Origin: Elusimicrobiota bacterium
Lineage (GTDB): Bacteria > Elusimicrobiota > Elusimicrobia > UBA1565 > UBA9628
Direction of reading: 5' to 3'
DNA: 64,000 nucleotides
Assembly (NCBI GenBank): GCA_016212825.1
Contig: JACRDS010000052.1
Coordinates: 424-64,423, forward strand
The notes beneath the pieces are model-generated. The model was not told the origin of the DNA. It ran no database searches and worked only from the letters and a program-made list of their open reading frames with translations. The position numbers and the translations under genes are program-made. Positions 28,419 to 35,501 of this stretch are shown here, one piece after another; positions within the stretch are counted from its first letter, which is position 1; each line of letters begins with the position of its first letter.

Positions 28419-28606
28419 CGTGTTTCCCTTCGCCTGCGATAGTATAGATTCGCGAGAAAAAGAAAGGCTGGGCCCAAGGGGCAGGGGGACCTGGATTTAG
28501 GGCCCTATGCGCTTTGGGTCCTTTGCCGGACTCTCCGAGTCAGCTTAGCCCCAAAAGCCGGAATTGGCAAGGTCTTGTCCAGGGGGTGCAGGGGGTGTTT
28601 GCAGGG

Positions 28607-28665
28607 GGTGTCAGGCTTTCACGAATTTCACTGCCCATCCGTGAAGTTTGTGAAAGCCTGACACC
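28607..28665. repeat. family-1 palindromic element, copy A
   Basis: GGTGTCAGGCTTTCACGAA...TTTGTGAAAGCCTGACACC. The arms are complementary except for one G:T pair. Located between divergent genes. Confidence 0.8.
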
Positions 28666-28679
28666 GATATTTCTTTTCC

Positions 28680-28708
28680 TTGACCCTCGGCAAGACAGTG
28701 ACTATAAT
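28680..28708 (+). promoter_or_regulatory. near-consensus sigma70 promoter (TTGACC-17 nt-TATAAT) for the DUF2339 operon
   Basis: TTGACC at 28680-28685 and TATAAT at 28703-28708. AAAGGA SD and the ATG at 28727 follow. Confidence 0.7.
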
Positions 28709-28726
28709 GGCCCAAAGGACACCGAA

Positions 28727-31723
28727 ATGTCTGATACCCCCGAAGAAGCCAGGAACCGCGAAGCGATAAAGGCCCTTTGGCAGGAGATGGGTCTGCTGAG
28801 GTCTGAGATCACCTCGCTCAGAGACACCATCCGCGAGCTCTCTCAGGCTGGTCCTCGTGAGCAAGCTGGGAAGATCGTCGCCCCTCCGCCGCCCGCAACG
28901 CCTCTCCGGCAGCCGGCACAAAACCGCGTCACTTGTCCGCGCTGCAATGCCGAGTGCGACAGGGATTCATCGTTCTGCGACAGCTGCGGGACGCCATTCC
29001 TCAAGCTCCCGGCCGGCCGGCCCGAGCCGCTTCCCAAGCATGAGAAGGCGCCGGTCCCATCGGCTCCTCCGGCTCCCGTCATGGGGCGGAAGGCTCCCGC
29101 GCCCCCCGCCGCCCGGACTCTGGACATCGACTGGGAGCAGTTCATGGGGGTGAAGCTTTTCGCCTGGCTGGGGGGGTTCGCGCTCTTCCTGGGCGTGGTA
29201 TTCTTCGTGAAGTACGCCATCGACCGGGACCTCATCAGCCCTTGGATGCGCGTGCTCATCGGTTTCATCACCGGGGCCGGCGCCATCGTCGGCGGCCTTG
29301 TCCTGCGCGCGAAAGAAGAAAAATATCGGACCACGGTGGAGACCCTCTGCGCGGCCGGCGTCGCCATCCTCTACGCTGACGTCTACGCCTGCCGAGCCTT
29401 CTACGGGTTCTTCTCCACGGAGACCGCCTTCTTCTTCATGGCCCTGGTCACCGCCGCCGCCTTCCTGCTCGCGGTTCGGCTGGATTCGCGGTATGTCGCC
29501 ATCCTGGGCCTGGTCGGCGGCTTCCTGACGCCCCCCTTGCTCTCCACCGGAGTGGACCGGCCCATCGCGCTATTCTTCTACATCGCGATGCTCGACGCCG
29601 GCCTGGCCGCCGTAGCCCTCAACCGGCGCTGGGGATTCCTCATGGCCATGTCCGCCGCGGCCACCCTCCTCATGGAGGCCGCCTGGACCGCCAAGTTCTT
29701 CACGGTGGGCAAAGCCGGTCTGGCCATGGGCATCGAGCTGGGCTTCTGCGTGTTCTTCCTGGCCGCGCGCGAACTGGCGCAGAGACGGCGGGATGAGGAC
29801 CCCTGGCAGCATCGGCCGGCCGCGCTCATGGCGCTCATCTCCATGGGATTCTGCGCGCACATGCTCACGTTCAAGACGCTGGCCGCCGGGCCGGGGCTTG
29901 TCCTCACCTATCTCCTCCTGCTCAACATCCCCCTGGTCTATCTGGCCATGAAACGGGAGGACCTGGAGCCCGCCTACATCGCGGGCGGGCTCGGGACCTT
30001 CGCGCTCCTCCTCTTCTGGACCGTCGCCCATCTGAAAGCGGACCTGCTCTTGTGGGGGTTGAGCTATTTCATGGCCTTCGCCATCCTCCATGGCGCGACG
30101 CCGCCGCTGCTCCAGCAGTGGCGGCCGGGCAGGGCTCCCTTGCTCTGGGGCTACGCCGCGCCTTTGGCCATGCTCTTGCTGGTCCTGGTGAGCCTGTCGC
30201 TCCTGAGCGCGGCCTCTTTCCTGGTCTGGCCTTTCGTGCTGCTGCTGGGGCTCCTGGCCATCGCCGCGGCCGCCCTGCTGTCATCGCTGGCGGTCGCCGC
30301 GCTGGCGGTCGGCCTGGTGATGGCCTGCTTCGGCATCTGGATGTTCCGGCTCCCCGACCTCGCAGGGCTCGATCCCATCCTCCTCATCCTGGCGCTGTTC
30401 ACCTTGGTCTTCTTCGCCGCGGGACTCTTGGTCTCCCGCAAGGCTTTCTCAGCCCTGCGGCCGTCCCTGCCGGCGGCCGGAGAAGCCTTCGATCCGGCGC
30501 AGTTGCCCGCGTTGGCTGCGCTCATGCCGTTCTTCCTGTTGGCCATGGTCTGCGCCAAGCTCCCCTTGCGGGATCCTTCCGAGGTCTTCGCCTTCATGGT
30601 CCTGCTCAATGCCTTGCTGGCGGGCCTCGTGGTCTGCCGCGGCGTGCCGGCGCTGACCGGGATCATGCTCGGCGCGACGGTGTTCGTCGAGGCGGTCTGG
30701 CATCTCAACCATTTTGACCCGACTCGATTCGCCGGCCCCTTGGCTTGGTACCTGGGGTCCTTCGGCTTCTTCGCGGCCTTCCCCTTCCTGTTCTCGGGAC
30801 GGGTCAAGGGGCGTTCTCCATGGCTGGCGGCCGCCCTGTCCGGGCTGGCGCATTTCCCGCTGGTCCACCAGGCTTTCGTCGCGGCCGCGGGCAAGTCCTA
30901 TGTCGGCGTGGTGCCGGCCTTCTTCGCGCTGCCGTCTTTGCTCGGCCTGTGGGGCGTGCTGCAGTCCTTCGCCCGGGAGGACGAGAGACGCCTCGGGCTT
31001 CTGGCCGTCTTCGGAGGGGTGGGGCTCTTCTTCATCACTTTGATCGTCCCCCTGCAGTTCGACAAGGAGTGGATCACGCTGGGCTGGGCCCTGGAAGGCG
31101 CCGCCCTGGTCTGGCTCTTCCGGCGCGTGCCGCACCAGGGGCTCAAGGCCTGGGGCACGGCCCTGCTGGGCATCGCCTTCGTGAGGCTGGCCATGAACCC
31201 GGCCGTCCTGTCCTATCATGCGCGGGCGGCCACGCCCGTGTGGAACTGGTACCTTTTCGTCTACGGCGCGGTCATCGCCTGCCTCTTCTTCGCCGCCGCG
31301 CGCCTGAAGCCTCCGGAGCACGAGGTCCTGGGCTTCGCAGCGCCCCCGATCCTCGACTCCCTGGGCACGGTCCTGGCGTTCCTGCTGCTCAACATCGAGA
31401 TCGCCGACTATTTCAGCACCGGCACCGGCATCACCTTCAACTTCTCTGGGAGCTTCGGGCAGGATATGACCTATTCCCTAGGCTGGTGCGCCTTCGCCAT
31501 CGCCCTGCTGGCGGCGGGCATCCGCCGGAAGTCCTCCGGTGCGCGCCTGGCGAGTCTGGCCCTGCTCTCCGCCACCATCCTGAAGGTCTTCTTCCACGAC
31601 CTCTGGCGGCTGGGCCAGCTCTACCGCGTCGCTTCGGTGATCGGCCTGGCCGTCATCCTCATCCTGGTCTCGTTCCTCTACCAGCGCTTCATCGTGACGG
31701 ACAAGCGGGAGGTCGCCCCATGA
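28727..31723 (+). CDS. DUF2339-type giant polytopic membrane protein with N-terminal coiled coil and zinc ribbon
   Basis: CPRCNAECDRDSSFCDSCGT zinc ribbon followed by more than 20 hydrophobic helices. Start set at the ATG at 28727, downstream of the promoter rather than the TTG at 28514. Confidence 0.7.
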   Translation: MSDTPEEARNREAIKALWQEMGLLRSEITSLRDTIRELSQAGPREQAGKIVAPPPPATPLRQPAQNRVTCPRCNAECDRDSSFCDSCGTPFLKLPAGRPEPLPKHEKAPVPSAPPAPVMGRKAPAPPAARTLDIDWEQFMGVKLFAWLGGFALFLGVVFFVKYAIDRDLISPWMRVLIGFITGAGAIVGGLVLRAKEEKYRTTVETLCAAGVAILYADVYACRAFYGFFSTETAFFFMALVTAAAFLLAVRLDSRYVAILGLVGGFLTPPLLSTGVDRPIALFFYIAMLDAGLAAVALNRRWGFLMAMSAAATLLMEAAWTAKFFTVGKAGLAMGIELGFCVFFLAARELAQRRRDEDPWQHRPAALMALISMGFCAHMLTFKTLAAGPGLVLTYLLLLNIPLVYLAMKREDLEPAYIAGGLGTFALLLFWTVAHLKADLLLWGLSYFMAFAILHGATPPLLQQWRPGRAPLLWGYAAPLAMLLLVLVSLSLLSAASFLVWPFVLLLGLLAIAAAALLSSLAVAALAVGLVMACFGIWMFRLPDLAGLDPILLILALFTLVFFAAGLLVSRKAFSALRPSLPAAGEAFDPAQLPALAALMPFFLLAMVCAKLPLRDPSEVFAFMVLLNALLAGLVVCRGVPALTGIMLGATVFVEAVWHLNHFDPTRFAGPLAWYLGSFGFFAAFPFLFSGRVKGRSPWLAAALSGLAHFPLVHQAFVAAAGKSYVGVVPAFFALPSLLGLWGVLQSFAREDERRLGLLAVFGGVGLFFITLIVPLQFDKEWITLGWALEGAALVWLFRRVPHQGLKAWGTALLGIAFVRLAMNPAVLSYHARAATPVWNWYLFVYGAVIACLFFAAARLKPPEHEVLGFAAPPILDSLGTVLAFLLLNIEIADYFSTGTGITFNFSGSFGQDMTYSLGWCAFAIALLAAGIRRKSSGARLASLALLSATILKVFFHDLWRLGQLYRVASVIGLAVILILVSFLYQRFIVTDKREVAP

Positions 31724-33714
31724 AATCAGCGCTCCTGGCCCTGCTTGCGGCGGCCGCCGCGCCGTGCGCGGCGCAGCCCAGCCCGGCGGAATGGGCCTTC
31801 ACCATGCCGCTGCGGGTCGAGTCCCCGGGCTTGGTGAAGGTCCGGCTGCCCATGCCTCTGGTCTCCGAGGCGCAGCCCTCCCTCGGGGACCTGCGCCTCC
31901 TCGACTCTTCCGGGCAGGAGGCGGCCTTCCTGACCCAGAGCCCGGCGCGCACCGACGCCGTGACAGTCGCGCTGGAGTCGTTCCAGAGCAGCCTCTCCGC
32001 CGGCCGGACGAACGCGTCGGGGCAGGTCTCCCGGTCCCAGCGGGAGCTCGTCTTCGACGGGCTCCGGCTCCAGACCCCGGCCCCGGATTTCCTGAAGGCC
32101 GCGACCGTGGAGGTCTCGCCGGACTGCGCCGTCTGGCGCACCGCGGCCCGCAGCCAGCCTCTGTTCCGCACGCGCGAAGGCGCCGAGAAGCTGGAGGTCT
32201 CTTTCCCGCCCAGCCGTGCCGCCTGCGCGCGCCTGTCTTTGGACGACATCAAGAGCCAGCCCATACCGGTGCAGGGCCTGGAGTTGCGGGCCCAGGCCGC
32301 GGAACCGGCCGGGCTCGACAGAGTCTCGGGCGAGCTGCTCGACGATTCCAGCGACGCCAGCCAGACCCGGATACGCCTGCAGCTGCCGGCCGCGAACCTG
32401 AAGCTGGCTTCCGTCCGCCTGGAGACGAGCCAGCCCATGTTCATGCGCCGGGTGAGCCTATTGTCGCGGGTCTATCGGGACGGGAACATCCAGGAAGACA
32501 CCCTGGGCGAAGGGACGATCTATCGCATGGCCGCGGCTGGGGCCGGCTCGGCCGAGTCCCTGCGCATCCCGCTTATGGCCCAAGTCCCTGGACGGGAGGT
32601 CGTGGTCCGGATAGCGAACGGGGACAGCCGTCCTTTGAGCGTGAAGCGTGTGGAGTTTGAGGTCGTTCCCACGGAGCTGATATTCTTCTCCCAGCAGGCG
32701 GGCGACTATACCTTGCTCGCCGGCAATCCGGCCGCTCCCGCCAGGAACTACGACGTAGGATCCTTCGCAGACCGCATGAAGCTGGCCAGCTTCGAGACCG
32801 CGCGGCTCGGGCCGCTGGCAAGCAATCCGGGCTTCCAGCCCGCCGAGCCTCTCCCGGGCGTCCCGGAGGCGGGCAGCCCCCTCTATGTCTCGGCCTGGAG
32901 GTTCCGCAAGCGCGTCGTGCTGGCCCAGGGGGGGCTCCAAAGCCTGGAGCTCGACCTGGAAGCCCTGTCCCATGACCAGAACCGATTCGCGGACCTGCGC
33001 CTCATGCGGGAAGGGCTCCAGGTTCCCTACATCATGGACAACACGGGCGTGCTGCGCAGTTTCTCTCCCCAGCTCGAGAGGCTCAAGGACGTCAAGCGCG
33101 CGAGCCTGTGGCAGGTCGCGCTGCCCTACGCGGACCTGCCGGTCACGCACCTGCGCTGTTCGGCGAACCAATCCCTGTTCCAGAGGAGCGTGCGTCTCTA
33201 CGGCGAACGGCAGGACTCCCGGGGCGACCTGGAGCGGGAACTGCTGGGCTCGGCGAGCTGGACCCGGACCCTGTACCAGTCCATGGACGACCTGGTCCTG
33301 CCCCTGAGCCGATATCCGGCGCAGCCGAGGCTGGTGCTGGAGATAGACAACGGGGACAACCCGCCCCTGCGCCTGCAGTCCTGCCAGTGCTTCTATCGCA
33401 GCGCCAAGATGCTCTTCAAAGCGTCTCCAGGCCGGGACCTCTTCCTGTATTATGGCCAGCCCGAGGCCGGGGCGCCCAGCTATGACCTCAGCTTGGCCTC
33501 CCGCGAGTTGCTCTCGGCTCAGCCCGCCAAGGCCTCGCTGTCATCGGAGGAGGCTCTCAAGGTGAAGCCCTGGTGGGAGGCTCCCAAGCCGACCGGCATG
33601 ATGCGTTACGCGTTCTGGGGCGTGATGCTCCTGGTCGTGGCGGTGCTGCTCGGCGTCATCGCCAGGCTGCTGCCGTCGGAAGCGGCTTCGACTCCGGGTC
33701 AGCCGAAGGGCTAG
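31720..33714 (+). CDS. DUF3999-type exported protein with C-terminal TM anchor
   Basis: ATGA overlap with the upstream gene. Signal peptide MKSALLALLAAAAAPCAAQ and one C-terminal helix (YAFWGVMLLVVAVLLGVI). This is the usual partner gene of DUF2339. Confidence 0.6.
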   Translation: MKSALLALLAAAAAPCAAQPSPAEWAFTMPLRVESPGLVKVRLPMPLVSEAQPSLGDLRLLDSSGQEAAFLTQSPARTDAVTVALESFQSSLSAGRTNASGQVSRSQRELVFDGLRLQTPAPDFLKAATVEVSPDCAVWRTAARSQPLFRTREGAEKLEVSFPPSRAACARLSLDDIKSQPIPVQGLELRAQAAEPAGLDRVSGELLDDSSDASQTRIRLQLPAANLKLASVRLETSQPMFMRRVSLLSRVYRDGNIQEDTLGEGTIYRMAAAGAGSAESLRIPLMAQVPGREVVVRIANGDSRPLSVKRVEFEVVPTELIFFSQQAGDYTLLAGNPAAPARNYDVGSFADRMKLASFETARLGPLASNPGFQPAEPLPGVPEAGSPLYVSAWRFRKRVVLAQGGLQSLELDLEALSHDQNRFADLRLMREGLQVPYIMDNTGVLRSFSPQLERLKDVKRASLWQVALPYADLPVTHLRCSANQSLFQRSVRLYGERQDSRGDLERELLGSASWTRTLYQSMDDLVLPLSRYPAQPRLVLEIDNGDNPPLRLQSCQCFYRSAKMLFKASPGRDLFLYYGQPEAGAPSYDLSLASRELLSAQPAKASLSSEEALKVKPWWEAPKPTGMMRYAFWGVMLLVVAVLLGVIARLLPSEAASTPGQPKG

Positions 33715-33718
33715 CCGT

Positions 33719-34204
33719 ATGGGACCTGGGAAGCCGGCCATCGCGGCGATCCTCATGCTCGCCGTCAACGCGGCCTTCCTGCTGGGAGTGCTCCTGGCGA
33801 GTCGGCCGCAGGAGCCCGGTTTCTCCGGGCCGGAGTGGGGCGTGACCGGAGGCGCGGTCAGGGCCGAGGATATCCCCGGCTATCTGGCCGGCCTGGCGGC
33901 GATGCGGAGCCTCCCGGAGGACGCTGCGATCCAGCTGCGGTTCTACAGGGCGGCGCCGGGGATGCGCGTGCAGGAGAAGAGCTACGTCATCGGCCGGGAC
34001 GTGGCCGAGGGGGAGGCGCCGGACGCCGACCTCGAAGTCCTGCTCGATGCGAGATACGTGGCGGAGCTTGGCGGGGGGATCTGCCCGGCGATCCAGAGGG
34101 CCAGGGCGGAGAAGGGGCTGGAGTTCAAGGTCCGCAAGAACGCCGGGGCCCTGCTTTGGAAATACCGCGACATCGCGAGATATAAGGCCTGCTTCGGCTT
34201 CTAG
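33719..34204 (+). CDS. hypothetical N-terminally anchored protein
   Basis: Starts 4 nt after the DUF3999 stop. Single N-terminal helix and coding-like composition. Confidence 0.5.
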   Translation: MGPGKPAIAAILMLAVNAAFLLGVLLASRPQEPGFSGPEWGVTGGAVRAEDIPGYLAGLAAMRSLPEDAAIQLRFYRAAPGMRVQEKSYVIGRDVAEGEAPDADLEVLLDARYVAELGGGICPAIQRARAEKGLEFKVRKNAGALLWKYRDIARYKACFGF

Positions 34205-34265
34205 GTGTCAGGCTTTCACGAACTTCACGAACTTGAGGACGTGAACTTCGTGAAAGCCTGACACC
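34204..34265. repeat. family-1 palindromic element, copy B (perfect arms)
   Basis: GGTGTCAGGCTTTCACGAACTTCAC...GTGAACTTCGTGAAAGCCTGACACC. It begins at the last base of the 33719-34204 stop codon and ends 15 nt before the convergent stop. Confidence 0.8.
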
Positions 34266-34280
34266 AACTAAAGACACCAA

Positions 34281-35483
34281 CTAAAAGCAGCGCGCGGCCA
34301 GGCTATCGAGGCGGGCCAGGGCGGCTTTGTCGGAAAGGCGTACGAACTCGGGGTCCCGGAAGAACGTCGTGAAGACGGCGTAGGAGCCCCAGGCCAGCAC
34401 CAGCACCGAGGTGGTCAGGATGGTGTAGAACCTCTGGTAGCCGAAGCTCGCGAAGAGGCCGAACTGCATGGTGAGGCTCGAGAGCTGGTAGAGGTGCATC
34501 ATGGTGTTGTGGCTGATGGCCCCGACCTTGCGCATCTGGTTGATGGCCGGGATGAGCGGCCCGCCCGAGAGCATGCCCTGCATGATGTTGAGGAAGATCA
34601 GGCCGATGCCCGACCAGGTGTAGACCAGGGGGTTCTCGCCCAAAGGCCCCAGCACCAGGCGGTTGAGGAACTCGAAGCCGCAGAGCTGGAAGTAGACGAA
34701 GAACAGGTCGCCGAAGTATGCCTTGTAGACGCGCAGAAGCCCGGTCATCTTGCCCAGGAATTTCATGTAGGTCTGCCCGAAGACCGTGAAGACCGCGTCC
34801 TGCAGCTGGTACCAGGAGGTCGACAGCACGGCGCGGACCATGGGCAACTCGCCCTTCTGAACGCTGGTGATCATGAAGCCCAGGCGCACCACGAGGTTGA
34901 GGCCGAAGGTCTTGTAGTAGAGGTAGCGGAAGTCCTGCTGGTTGGGCTTGGTCATGCAGGACTTGAAGATGGCCTTGATGTTGCGGAAGAAGTCCAGGTC
35001 GAACTCGACGAGCCCGCCCTTCTTCTTCGGGGGCTTGTCGTGCGCCTCGGCCTTGGCATGCTTCTCCTTCTGGTACTGCTTCTTCTCGTGGTCGTTGAGG
35101 AAATAGTCCTTCAAGCCGTCGAAGAAGGCCGTCTCGTGCAAGGAGACCTTGCAGCAGACCGCCTCCTGGAAGCGGCTGCGCACCGCGCGGATGAAGCTGC
35201 GGTCCTCGGGGGAGAGCTCGGAGAGCAGGTTGCCGCCTATGCCCTCGGAATAGGTGCGCGTGGGGTAGACCACCACGAGCACCTTCTCCGCCCCGGAGAG
35301 CAGCTTCTGGTTCTCCTCGGAGAAGAGCGTGGCCGGGCAGACCTTGCGCAGGGTCCCGTTGCCTTGATGCCCCAGGTCTTCGCCCCGGCAGAGATAATAG
35401 GCCCGCTCGAAATGCGTCGCGTCGTCCTTCTTGACCGCCGTGTCCACGGCCAGGATCACGGCACTCTTGGCGAGCTTGTCCAT
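34281..35483 (-). CDS. hypothetical protein: soluble N-terminal domain plus polytopic C-terminal membrane domain
   Basis: 400 aa with a Lys-rich linker (HAKAEAHDKPPKKKGG) and about 6 helices. TATAAT (minus strand) at 35495-35500. Confidence 0.6.
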   Translation of the reverse strand: MDKLAKSAVILAVDTAVKKDDATHFERAYYLCRGEDLGHQGNGTLRKVCPATLFSEENQKLLSGAEKVLVVVYPTRTYSEGIGGNLLSELSPEDRSFIRAVRSRFQEAVCCKVSLHETAFFDGLKDYFLNDHEKKQYQKEKHAKAEAHDKPPKKKGGLVEFDLDFFRNIKAIFKSCMTKPNQQDFRYLYYKTFGLNLVVRLGFMITSVQKGELPMVRAVLSTSWYQLQDAVFTVFGQTYMKFLGKMTGLLRVYKAYFGDLFFVYFQLCGFEFLNRLVLGPLGENPLVYTWSGIGLIFLNIMQGMLSGGPLIPAINQMRKVGAISHNTMMHLYQLSSLTMQFGLFASFGYQRFYTILTTSVLVLAWGSYAVFTTFFRDPEFVRLSDKAALARLDSLAARCF

Positions 35484-35501
35484 GTAGCCTCTACATTATA
35501 G

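Noticed and set aside
28607-28665. Family-1 palindromes considered as plain Rho-independent terminators.
   Set aside because: Copies A and C lie between divergently transcribed genes, upstream of both promoters, and lack U-tracts. Only copy B is in a terminator-compatible position.
28514-28726. N-terminal extension of the DUF2339 ORF from the TTG at 28514.
   Set aside because: The extension would translate through the palindromic repeat and the TTGACC/TATAAT promoter. The ATG at 28727 has an SD-like AAAGGA and starts a coherent coiled-coil sequence.
28607-34265. The repeat-bracketed cassette considered as a transposon or integrated element.
   Set aside because: There is no transposase, integrase or recombinase inside or adjacent. 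The composition looks like the surrounding DNA, and the flanking elements are themselves palindromes, so terminal inverted repeats are trivially present. It is kept only as a rearrangement or regulation hypothesis.
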